The notes beneath the pieces were generated by a model. The model was not told where the DNA came from. It saw only the letters and a program-made list of their open reading frames with translations, and did not search any database. A stretch of DNA of 64,000 nucleotides from Amoebidium appalachense (taxonomy: Eukaryota; Protista; Ichthyosporea): contig CAVNZM010000003.1 of the NCBI GenBank assembly GCA_963693365.1, forward strand, positions 7,249,312-7,313,311, given 5' to 3'. This document shows, piece after piece, positions 47,792-59,959 of the stretch (position 1 is its first letter; every line of letters begins with the position of its first letter). A program made the position numbers and the translations under genes.

Positions 47792-48826
47792 CTGGCGTTA
47801 AATTTTCATGAGTAAATGAGTGTGGTGGGGTTTATGTGGCCACTGATAAATATTTAGTGGATACACCGGACGTCACATAGCATGAGAGGTTGGTGTGAAG
47901 GTGGTTGTGGGGTGGTTTGCACCTGTGAGCGTGCACAAGTGTTCGTGAATTTGTGCTCGTGAATAATTGTATTTGGGGTGTGCGTGAAGACGTGTTTGAC
48001 AATGTTTGTCGCGTGGTGTGGTTTCTTGCATGTGCATGGCAGTGCCGTGTTCATTTGTCCATGATGGGCACATGCCGTCGAAGCATGTGTGTGTGCGGGC
48101 TTTGGTGCTCGCAGTGTGGAGGGGCGTGTAAAGGAGCGAGCTAGTGTTTATGGTGTGGTGTGGTGTGCGCGACATGTGTGTGTGTACACGGTGTGTGTGT
48201 GTGTGTGTGTGTGTGTGCATGTACGTGTACGTGTGCATTTGTGTGTGTGCATGTGTGTGTGTGTGTGTGCCTGTGCACACCTGGCCATAGGATGCATGGC
48301 GGTGTGCTTGCGTGCCTATCTGCCTGCGTTCATTCGTTCATGCGTGTGGGCATGTGTGAGTGGGTGTGTGCATTCGTGTGTGTTGTGTGTGTGTTTGTGT
48401 GCGAATCCGCCCAGTCATAGTGTGTGTATGAACAATAGGACGACACATGATACACTGGTGCTATCAAAGGTGTGTGCTGGGATACCATACTGCTGTTGGC
48501 TGTGTTCCTTGGCGGGATAATATGTGTGCATTCACAGAATGCGCTACAACATGAGCGTTCCTTACCCCCCCCCTACCCCCCCCCCCCCCCCCCCCCCCCC
48601 CGCCCGCCCGTTTCCGTTCTCCACCCTTTGGTCCCATTGAACGCACGAACGCACGCACGCACGCACGCACGCAGGTTCGCAAGCACCCACCACCACCACT
48701 TCCGCAATAACCACAACCACGACCACTCAACCAGCCTCCCCCTCCCCCCTCCCCCTCCCCCCCCACTCCTCCCCCACCCCCCCATCCCCCCCCCCCCCCC
48801 CCCCCCCCTCCCACAACCCCCATCAA

Positions 48827-48863
<37 letters not shown>

Positions 48864-50301
48864 CCTCTTCGGAATTATTAGTGATATAAATGCACCACCG
48901 ATAATTCTTCAACTATACGTTGTCGAGCATCATTCCGTGAACTTACATTGCACTTTTTATGGCATTACCTGCCGATGTAAATAGGCACACTAAAGTTTAG
49001 TAGTCTGTCGGGTGGGGCTAGCTTGAAGCCGTCCATCCACCCCCCTTCACGATCACCGATTACCAAATACCAAATACATACGCAGCACATACATGGCGAT
49101 GCAACATTCCCCTAACCATGTGAAATGCACTACTAATCTTGCGCCTGCCTTGCACCATAATATACACAGAGACAAACCTTCGCATACCTGCCCTGACTCC
49201 AGCCCCTTTCCTCACTTTCTTCATGGTCGTAAGTTTCGCACTGCCCTTGGATAGGACGCCTAGGTAGTATACTGCTGCCATCTGCCCTTCCAACCCCGTG
49301 TTTCTCTCACAACTCTCAAGACGGCATCGTACATACGAACATGACCCGCCAGCAATCAAGTTCTTAGGAGTTTTCTTGTCTAAAGCCTAATAACCGTGTC
49401 TCTGTGTAAAGCACTGATGCGATGGCTGGTGGTTTTTGTCTTCTCCGACTAAAGCATCAGGTAAATTACTCCAACCCAATTTTTTTTGATAGGGACGTCC
49501 ATGCAAGTTCAAATTTTTTCTGTTGTGATACAAGTGCCTACAACCTAGAAACCGTAATGACCTCTGTGTTCGATACACATGCATACGTGCAAGCTTTTAT
49601 TATTATTTTGCAGATACTATGCAGGCACAAGAAGTGCTACGGGCGCCCCGGCTCAAGCCTTCGGAAAGTTTTGTTGCTGGAGTCTGCTGGAGTCGGACTC
49701 AGACTGTTGACAACTGCAGCGATGGGTACCGTAATCTGATTGGAACATAACAACCAATAGGGTCAGCCCATTTGTATGATTGGCTGAGCCCGCACCACGT
49801 CCCCAGAAGCCCGACATATATATGATCCTGGACCACAGCTGCCCAGCACGAAAGCTCATGAAAGGAAGGGGGGTTGGAAAAGGTAAATAAACAAAAAAAA
49901 TAGTTTCCCCCCTATATTTCGGCCGTAAATAAATGCAGTGCGGAAGAGCTGCCTGGCACGTGCGCATGCCTGGAGGCTGAACAGTAGAGCAAAAAATTAT
50001 GCTAAAAATAGCTTGCATTCCCCAAATATAATATCCGGACCACAACAATGATTACACAGTGTACACTGCTGCTAAACCGGCAACCAACTGTATATGTCAT
50101 TCCACATGTCATCATGAAGCTCAGCGTATTAACAGAAGAAGAAAAGTCTTAATATTTCTTATAAAAAAAATGCGCAGTTTTCTGCTGTATTTTCTGTTTT
50201 TATCGTGTTTGCTGTATTGTGGTGCTGAGGTCGGATCGACGGTACAGCAGGATCAAGTCAGGGATAAAGATCCACCAATCACCGTCGCTTTTAGAGTTTG
50301 G

Positions 50302-50670
50302 TATATGAGCGTAATCAGCGGCATAGTATAGGGGGAGCCATGAGGCTCGGGCAGGGTCTCGGCGGATCTGGTCTCTGCCTATGACTCCAAGTACAAATTC
50401 ATATGCGTGTGATTGTGGGACAATCTCACTCATACATCTCGGCGGCGGGAGTGAGCTCGCCCCGAGCTCATAGCAGTGCGCAGTGGAAAGCGGCTAGGCC
50501 ATCAGAGGGCGGTCGGGCTGTCTCTGCTACCATATATGAGCGTAATCAGCGGCATAGTATAGGGGGAGCCATGAGGCTCGGGCAGGGTCTCGGCGGATCT
50601 GGTCTCTGCCTATGACTCCAAGTACAAATTCATATTGTATGCGTGTGATTGTGACAATCTCACTCATACA
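50302..50670 (-). mobile_element. TRIM (miniature non-autonomous LTR retrotransposon), 369 bp
   Basis: LTRs at 50302-50436 and 50533-50670 are nearly identical (two small indels), with minus-strand ends TGTATGAG...CTCATATA. PBS TGGTAGCAGAG (50532-50522) directly follows the 5' LTR and is complementary to the CTCTGCTACCA 3' end of animal-type tRNA-iMet. 4-bp TSD TTGG at 50298-50301 and 50671-50674. Confidence 0.88.
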
Positions 50671-51916
50671 TTGGCCAAATGTCTGCAATAGAAGATAGGG
50701 CGGGTATGGTTTGCAGCCTGCTGTTTGCAACCTTGCTTCCCAAAAAACACAGGCAAAATTTTATAAATAGAATAAAATATATTTTTTAGTGCCTTTTTAT
50801 TATCTTGGTGTTTACAACACCCGTTTTCTATCCACAAAATTCATCACTAAAATGCCTGCGCATGCCAGTGGTCTGCTCCAAAACATGAAAATGATTTGCC
50901 CTCCCTCTGTGAGAAATGTCGTGGATCCAAAAAATTTAAAGCCTTTGTACAAAACAAAGAACAACGGCCTTCCCCTGAGGCTCAGCCTCAGAGAGGTTTT
51001 CACCCTTTTCTTCCTCGACCGCAATCCCATGCTTCTTTATGTATATTCAGCTTATGTGATTAGAAGAAAATATGCACCACCACCAACAGCGTAAATTCGG
51101 GTACTTGGTGTGAGTATCAACTACGACCGAAGCAACAGCGCAAGTTTTGCACCGGGGCATTGCCAATTAGTCGTTGAAAATCTCAAGCTTGCACAAACCT
51201 CGGGGATTACTCCAAAGTACTTTCCTGGGCACAAGAGTAATACTACTGAGGTTTCCGCGGCATCTCAGCAGTGCCCTTTTAACAAAATTCAAAAATGTAT
51301 ATATAGAGACTGTGCCTAAAATAGGTCGAATCAGGGAGTCACAAGTTGTGGGAGGTTTACAGTGAACGAGCCCAGGACCTTTATGTGCAGCGTACCCCTA
51401 GGCACTTCCAAGGTATGTGCTGTGCAAGAAATGTAAGGTTGATGCCTTTGAGGCTTATTATCTCTCTCAGAAGCACGTGTATTAACACATGTTTATCTAA
51501 CCAGCTCGATAGGAACATGGAGCTCAAGCAAAACCACCAAGTTGTTTAGTTCTGACGATAGGGCACACTTCGGGGGGTGTTTTTAGGGTATAGTGGTGTG
51601 AGGAACCATGTTCACACACTAAGAACGCTGAGGGCAGCGTCAAAATGGGAGTCTGTAAGGCAGAGGCTGTGGCGTAGTATGCTTTTGGGCAGGGATGTGC
51701 AATCTTGAGCTCCGAGGTCAGCTCATAAAGTGATGGGAAACATGGGTATTACAACGACTATATGGGCCTGAGTGCGTGTTTGGCTCTTCACCACTCTGCC
51801 GAGTGTCCATCTTTGGCTGAGCGCCTTGTGGTCCAACTTGTCAACCGCTCACACTTGCACATCCGCAGTGGCCATTTGCATCTTGGCAGCGTCGCCTTCC
51901 CGTTTGAACCTGCAGC

Positions 51917-53130
51917 ATGACCACATACGAGCCAGAGGTCCTTGGCACGTCCAAAGACACAGTGACCACACCGGACAGCTGCAGCTGCCAGTGTGACGAG
52001 GAGAATGACGGGGACTGCTGCAGCCACCACCCCCAGAACCCACCACAAATGAAGGTGCGTTCTTGAACTTGAAAAGCCGGGGCTGGTTGATCTTTGTTTC
52101 TACACCTGTGGCCTCAATGCATGCTACAAACTTTTGCGTTTAAAATTGCAATAGTCCCCTCCCTCCCCCCCCCCCCCCCCCCCCCCCCTCCCCCCCCCCC
52201 CCCCCCCCCCCCGCCCCCCCCTTCACGAAAGCCCCCGACTCCCCACACACCCACCCACCTCCCACAACCGTTTTTCCTCGCTTTTGGGGTCGTTTACTTC
52301 CTTGCCTTGGCAATGCCATCCCGCACCGCTGCTTCCTCTGTCCCTTATCCCCCCCCCCCCCCCCCCCCCCCCCTCCCACCCATCGACCTTTTTGTTGTTC
52401 TCTTCTCGTGTCTCCTCTATATTTCCAACCCCTTAACGCATACATCCTTTCCCCCCCCCCCCCCCCCCCTCGCCCCCCCCCCCCCCCCCCCCCCCCCCCG
52501 CACCCCCTCCCCCCTCCCCCGGGGGGGGGGGGGGATAGGGGTTGGGGGGAGGCTACCCATAAACCCATTTAATGTGGCTCTTCTGGTCTCGTCCCCTGCC
52601 TCCCGCGTCCATATGCGTCCTCCCCCTATCTCTCCCCCCTGATAATTAAGCTGCACATCTGAGTCTGCGCCTGTGTCCCCACTATGCACCCAAGTAGTGC
52701 AGACACCCACGGAGGCTCATGTGCCCTGGGAAGGGAGACAGTTGTATAGAGGTGTATACAAAGGATGGAGATATTTTGTTCCCGCTATCTACCATGCATG
52801 TTATTTGCCTTCTTCATCCCCCCACCTCTTTGTCGCTTTGGATCACCATCCTAGATTACCCACCCCTGCCCTCCCCCCCCCCGCGGCAACACACACAGGC
52901 GGAAATTTGGAAGCATAGTAGGCGGAAGAGAGACTTGGCAGTCATGGGGCGCGGCGGCGTGTGTGTGTGTGTGTGGGTGGGGGGGGGGGGGGGGGGGGGG
53001 GAGTCCTTGAGTCACATAGGATTTACATATGCATCAGCCACTGGAACCACACCACTCGAGCTTTGTGGTGACCACCACGTTGCTTTTTCCTTCTCATTAT
53101 GCCCTGATTCCTTCCCCGCATCCTCCCCCC

Positions 53131-53161
<31 letters not shown>

Positions 53162-53882
53162 ACCAGCTCTCCCCGCCCTCCCCCTCCCCCCACCCCCCCC
53201 CTCCACCCACTCATTGACACCTCTATTTGGCACCCCACCCACTCAAACACCCATCATGCTAATAACACCACTCACCCACTCCCTCCATCCACAGGCCCGC
53301 ACTCTGCTTGGAGGCATGGTCTTCTGCCTGCCCCTTGGCCTGGCCTCTCTCTTCCTCTCGTGGTGTGCCTCTAGAGCCATGCGGCAGGGCCGTACCGATG
53401 CATCCCGTCTGTACACCCGCCATGCAAGACAATGCACCCGCTGGTCCGTGCTGGGTGGGTTGGCATCGGTGGTGGCCACAGCCCTCATGATATTGGTGCT
53501 GGCAAACGACCCATCAGCCAGGCATGGTGGCTGCATGGTGGCCAATAGGGTGGTGCCTAACGGGGCACCGGTATTGGACTATCTGGATTACTGCACACAT
53601 GACCACCGCACACTGACATGTGTGGATGGCCGACTGCACATGCGCTATCTCCATGCATGCAACAAGTCAAACCATGTGCAGGCCGCACGAAGGGGTGTGG
53701 ACAGTGCAGGCACAAGGGTGGTGGGTGGGCCGGACGGGGGTTGTGTGGTTGATGGGCGGTTGTATTTGGTGAACGGGCAGGCCCTGGGAACACAGGGGGG
53801 GTGCAAGGGGAGGTGGGTGATGCAGGTGTGCAGGAAGGGCGTGCTGGTTGCGGTGGGGGGTGAGCCCTGTGCACAGGAGTAG
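51917..53882 (+). CDS. CD225/dispanin (IFITM/PRRT2-like) membrane protein with a C-terminal Cys-rich extension; last exon 53295-53882 is the best supported, upstream exons (51917-52054, 52899-52958 and possibly others) are tentative
   Basis: FCLPLGLASLFLSWCASRAMRQGRTDASRLYTRHARQCTRWSVLGGLASVVATALMILVL fits the dispanin pattern: C-x-P-L-G hydrophobic segment, G-containing intracellular loop, then a TM helix. Confidence 0.7.
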
Positions 53883-54685
53883 ACCTATGGTAATAATAAT
53901 AATAATAATTAGCATGATGTGTAAATGTGTGTGTGATAAGGTGGGCTAATGTACTAGCTTGGAAGGGAATATGTGAATGCTGCTTGTGGTAGGGGATTGG
54001 GGTTTTTATCGGTGTTGGTTTGAATGCACATTGGCGTTGGGGCGGGGGGGGGGGGGGGGGGGGGGGGGGGTGCGTGTGTATGTGCTTGGGGAGGAAGGCA
54101 AAGGAATATATATATATATATATTTAGAAGATCGGAGAAATAGTGAATCTCGAACTTGAGCTTAGTTCTGTCTGCATTTAGTCTTTTCTAGTATTTAGAT
54201 GTTGAGAAAGTAGCATGAAAAGGTTGTAACAGTTTCGCTGGAGCGCGGCACCGCTGGCTCTGTTAACGACAAACAAGTCAGTTAGTTTAGTGATAGTAAT
54301 CTAACCGTTTGTTAAGTATGCGCGAAAACAGTTGTTATTAATGATATAAAAAGTAATATATTTTTAAACCACTAGAATAAATCTGCACTGCCAGGTGCAT
54401 AACTACAAGAAGGCTTATGTATTGCAGCCACACGGTGTGGCAACAAAAAAGTTTGTTTTTCTTTCTTTTTTTTTTGGGGGGGGGGGGGAGGGGGGAGGGA
54501 GGGACCACCCGGGTGACCTCGCAGTATGTATTGGCTGCAATGGTTATCCAATCAGGACATGAGAGTGCTGGCATGCATATGCCCCGATCCTTAAACGTAG
54601 ACGGTGAGGCATGTCCCTTATCACCTGGATCGACGTCAGCGGCTACGAGCATGCCATCATCATGATAGCATCCATCCCCCTCCCC

Positions 54686-54723
<38 letters not shown>

Positions 54724-55081
54724 AGTACGTAGGGGGAGCCCCCCCGATAAATTTCTTTTTTCTCCCTTTGGCCCCTGGGGTCTGTCACCGTGAGGCTCGG
54801 AATATACTCCTCCCTTTCCCCCCCCGGGCCAGCTGCCGGAAGATGCCAGTTGGGACCGATGGGTGGGCGGGTTGTGGGGGGGGGGGGGGGGGTCTGTGGG
54901 CCACTTATTTGCGCAAGGCGTTACTATACACAACCAACTATACTGTGGCCAGCCTAGTAGTGTTTTTTTGTGTGTAGGCATCATTTTGAAGTCTTCTTGA
55001 AGTGTTTTTGGCTACTATTGAGCTCGATTCTTAGCATGAATGAACAGGCATGCTTCTGAATCAGCATCCGTCCGCCAATAA

Positions 55082-55147
55082 GATTATCCAAAACTCTGGT
55101 GGCGGGGCATGTATGATTATCCAAAACTCTGGTGGCGGGGCATGTAT
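55082..55147. repeat. Tandem duplication of a ~33-bp unit
   Basis: GATTATCCAAAACTCTGGTGGCGGGGCATGTAT occurs twice. Confidence 0.85.
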
Positions 55148-55451
55148 GTATCCACTGCCAGATCTGCAGTGCCATAATAAACGTGATGCGCCAGGAAACC
55201 AGGCTACCCCCCCCCCCCCCCCCTCCCTCAATGCACTCTCTCCCCCACCCCCACACACAGTGCCATATCCAACCATAACTGCAGCCATAGCACACCATAC
55301 TTGCACAATCACAAGACGTTGTGAGGGACAAATGCTCATTGACACATGGACTACACACACACGCACAGATCACGTTTATAAGGCAGGCAGACACACATGT
55401 GCACACACTGTGTTATTGATACGGACACACTCTTGATACGGACACACACAT

Positions 55452-55485
<34 letters not shown>

Positions 55486-55959
55486 GGGGGGGGGGGGGGG
55501 GGGGAGAGGAGGGGGGGGGGAGATAGTTGGGGGGGGGGGGGGGGCAAACACACATTGTTTCTCCCTCTGCGCTTTCACTCCCGCAGCGCATACACGTGGC
55601 ATTGCGCGCCTGGCCTTCCCAAAAACTAGCACACACACACAAAGAGAGAGAGTCTCAGAGATATTGCACACGCACATGTCACTGTTAGAGTCTGAGATGC
55701 CTGTACTAGTCATATGTACACACGTGTGGGCGCCGCGCGCCCATATTAATTAGTTAATTTGCAGATATAGCTATCTATATGCAGAAACCAGCTAGGTGCT
55801 ACTCAGTATGATGCAATGGCTGAATTGCATCATCGTGAAGCTAATCCCCATTCTCACACACAGCAAACGTGCACGCACTCACGCATACATACACACACAA
55901 CCACACAGTTTCGGAAACAGAGACGTCTATGCACAAACACGGGCGCGCGCACACACACA

Positions 55960-55998
<39 letters not shown>

Positions 55999-57552
55999 TC
56001 ACACACACACACACATCTTCGCGATCACGCACATTTTGCACATACACACTTACGAACACACCGGGCCCCCTTCGAACGCAAACCCGTTGCTTCCATCAAA
56101 ACTCGAGGAGATGATCGCGATGGGGAAAATACTTTAGTTTTTGGTTGTGGGGGCCTGCAGGGAGGAACAGGTCTTCCATTGGCTTTTTTTTTTTTTTTTT
56201 TTTTTTTTGGGAGGGGGGGAGGGTGGGGAGGAAGGGGGGAAGAGGAGGGGGGGGGGGGGGGGGAGGGGGGAGGGGTACTTCGAGTTTTCTACAGTAACTG
56301 CCCTCCCCCCCCCCCCCCCCCGCTCCCGGGGGGCCGTTTGAAAAAAAAAATAAAAAAAATGAGATTCCGATCCGGTATAGGTGACATTGAAATCTTGAAA
56401 ATGCATTTGTGTCTTTTATCGATATCATCAGGCATGTTTGTTATGGCTTCGGATGCATGGGCTTGGACTATGTAGTCGTAGGCTAGGCATGTGTGTTCAC
56501 GACCACTGTGCAGTTTTAAGTTTCCCGAAAGGTTCAACAAAAAAACCTCACCTTCTTTTTGAACCTCGCGTGCGCTATCCGGATAATGCGGCACCCGTGG
56601 GTTTCCAAACTTGAACAGACACGTGCGCTCTTGCCTGCACGGTGGCATACGGTGTGTGTCCATACGTGTGCGTCTATGTCCATTCATGCTGGGGGTAGAA
56701 ACCAGGGCTCAGGTTGGAAATCGGAGATCAATTCAACCCCTTTATACACGGATTGAGCATGCGTATCATCAGTGCTACTAGACACTTCACATTGAAGACA
56801 CTTGCAGCTACACTGCCGAGTAAAATAATCAATTTTACATCGTAGAATCAAAAGTGGCACAAAGTTCATTTAAAAGGCCCCGTGGTCACAGCAGGTGGCA
56901 CAGTTACTGGGTGTGCCGCGTTCAAAAACATTCGCATGTTATGTCCTGAGGAAACCCAAATAGAGAATAAACGTCAGATTAAGCCAACTTACAGTAACAA
57001 GCAGTAACAAAGACCACTCAGCTACTAATAGTTCCCGTGCATTACAAAAACAAATCAACTTAATGGGAATAGTCGAGGACTCAGTAGGGCAGTGCCAAAA
57101 AAAAAAAAAAAAAAAAAAAAGAGCGCCTATCTGCTGCAGATGAGGATACGATTACGATTTACAACTGCAGCTACTATATGGCATACAACATTTAACAAAA
57201 CGTTAGCAATGGCATACCCAGTGTTCCTAGTTTGTGTTTTGGTGCATGCGCTTGTAAATTTTAGTTAAATGTTTACCTGCACCGGGTGAACTCAGGCTGA
57301 GATGATGGTATGTAAAAGAGTGTGTGTGCACATTAACATGTGAAGGTCACCAGCATTGATTTCGTGCTGTTTTGCGAAGCACTCCGATCCACAGTCTGCC
57401 TAAGAGTATCCACCATATGGCAGTGTGGACTAAGTTAACGAATCTTCGCTGTGCTAACAATACACCCTAGCAGACTGAATCCATAATCAGGCTATATGCA
57501 GGCCACCGCCACCCAACCTCCATCACTACACCCCCATCATGCTCGGCAATGT

Positions 57553-58039
57553 CTACCTTCCTCCTTCACCTGTGTGTTGTATCAATAGCCTCAACTCCCT
57601 CTGTATCTTCTCAATGTGCGCCAGGTCCTCTTCATCGGTCCACACACATTTGCCTCTATGTTTGTGCTTTCCTCGTTGGCGATGCCTCCTGCTGTGAAAC
57701 TCTGTGTCTGTGGTGACCAGCAGCCAGTCTGTCTCTGAGGGCACCTCTGGCACAGATTCTGGACCCGGCGGACTTCTTTCTTCCACCGTGGCGTCCTCAC
57801 TCGTCTCTACCACCCCCTTTGTACCGGAAATACCATCAGTACCCATGCCCACATCTTGCACCAATGGTGTGTGTGGTGCTGCCACAACCCCCTCTACATG
57901 TGTGGGTCCCTTTACTTTCTGCCAGTTGAGGCCTTGCAGTGTGTGCACGTGCAGGTCTTTTAGCCACTCCCTGCCTGGCCTGGGCACGTGTTCGCTGGTG
58001 AGCATCTGTAGTTGTGCCCACATGCGGGCTTCGTCTTTG
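57553..58039 (-). CDS. Probable coding exon of an unknown protein; gene model unresolved
   Basis: About 160 codons of non-repetitive open frame preceded by CTGAC and a CCCCCAG acceptor. No recognisable domain. Confidence 0.35.
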
Positions 58040-59615
58040 CTGGGGGAGGGCGGGGAGGGTGTGGAAATGGCCGGGACACCCACGTGTTGGTCAGGTCGCA
58101 GGTTGGGGTGTGGTCAGGCTGTGAGGATGATAGGGCCCTTCATGTGGGTCCAAGAAAATAAAAAATCCAAATTGCTCCTGCTACCATGCGTATTCACGTG
58201 TCCGAAAGGAGCTGGAGTATTACGGTACGGCTGGTCGTGTACGCATACACGTATCATAAAAAATACCGTATGCGTGGTGCTGGAAGCAAGAAAATTTCTA
58301 ACATATCTACAGGGTGTGGATTTGTCTGAAAGTTTTCTTTTATGGCTAGCCACGTGATATGATTATGACAAGAATTCCACAAATAACACCGCATATCGGA
58401 ACTATTCACAGGTTGTGCGCATGCCGCCCCGGCCGGTGGGGAAAAAAAAAAAAAAAAATCAATAAAGAAGATAAAGGCAGTGCCTAAAGTGCCTGTAGTA
58501 GGTTGTCAATAGACCTCGAGCTGAGAGTGATCCAAATCTAGGAGATATTGATATTTTGGTTGTGGGAGGTGGCAGAAATAGAAAGGAAATGAAAACAGGA
58601 GGCCTAGGTGCGCTCTACAAACGCAGGGAGCACGTCATACATACATACGAGCCCGGGAAGAGGCTAGTATATAACTGTACGATACTAAGGTAAGAGGGTG
58701 CACACATGCCTGATAAGGATAATACCTTTGTAGTCATCATATTATCGCTCTTGCAGTGAACTCATACAATGCAATATGTACACGAAAAGAACCACCATAA
58801 ACAAGCCAATAAGTACGACTGCCACTTACCAATTCTTCACGTATTCATGACCTACATCAGTTCACAATTCATATTTGCTGCCAGTGAACATACACGTGCA
58901 CCATGACCCACCTACATTCATATATGTCAACATGTTGTGCACGGTAACAGCCCGTGCACAACAACATGCGAACAAAATCGGGCCGTTGCCAAAGGCCACA
59001 CATGCTTGTCACATATGCGCGGGCCGATTCTTGGCGCGAGAAAACGTAAGAATGATTGGCTCGGAACGCACCCACATTCCTTATCAGTACTGGCAAGACG
59101 TGCGCTAATAATAGTGCTGAAGCAGGGGATTAGGGATATTGACATAATGTAGTTGCTATCGTATGCTAAAATATGACGTTTTAAAGATGTTTTATTTTTA
59201 ATAAGGGTAAAAAACGAAGGTTTATGGGCACACTTCTGTACATCACAAAGCCTTTTTACATTACACTAATACCGTTTGTTTTCCTGTCGTATGATTGGTG
59301 AAACGGCGCACCGCTGGAATGCATGCCATGAGTCATCAGGTGGGAGCTCGGCAAGAATGCGGGCACTTTTATCATCCAAAGATGCACATGTTAGTCATAA
59401 AGGTGAGTGACAAAAAATAACATGAATATTGCCTTGATAATTAACTGCACAACACAAGCTATATAAATTATAATAGTCCTAGTATGGCATATCAAACCGA
59501 GGGCGGTGTTCACTGAGCAGGGAAATACTTTCAAGTTCGGACCAGAGCTCGAGCTCGCGCGTGTCACAGTGCTACAGCCAGCCAGACGCTCTACAGCAGA
59601 GTGTAGTGCGTGTGG

Positions 59616-59812
59616 GGGGTTTACGCTGTTTACTCGAGGCAAAGAGAACCAGTCTCAGGTATGGGGGGGGGGGGGGTTTGCTCGGAATATCCCCTCAGCG
59701 GTATATCATGATCACGTACATAGATGTCGGGTGGTGACTATATATCAGGGTTTACTTTCTCTACGAGACACCATAAAGACTACAAGGAGAAATCAATTAG
59801 TTGGGGTTCCCC

Positions 59813-59813
<1 letters not shown>
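59616..59813 (+). mobile_element. Left end of an unclassified repeat starting GGGGTTTACGCTG, interrupted or abutted by the LINE
   Basis: Second copy at 15499-15602 in inverted orientation; GGGTTTAC recurs internally near 59748; directly adjoins the LINE poly(A). Confidence 0.6.
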
Positions 59814-59850
<37 letters not shown>

Positions 59851-59882
59851 GGGCTCCCCTCGGGACACTCGGTATCAGCTGG

Positions 59883-59957
<75 letters not shown>

Positions 59958-59959
59958 CG

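Noticed and set aside
48472-48740. Signal-peptide-like and Thr-rich segments
   Set aside because: No in-frame ATG or consistent splice chain; runs into homopolymers.
48860-51700. Short ORFs in an AT-richer region around the TRIM
   Set aside because: No recognisable motifs; possibly a decayed element but cannot be supported.
57704-58357. 217-aa plus-strand Ser/Thr/Cys-rich ORF
   Set aside because: Non-ATG start; likely antisense to the minus-strand exon.
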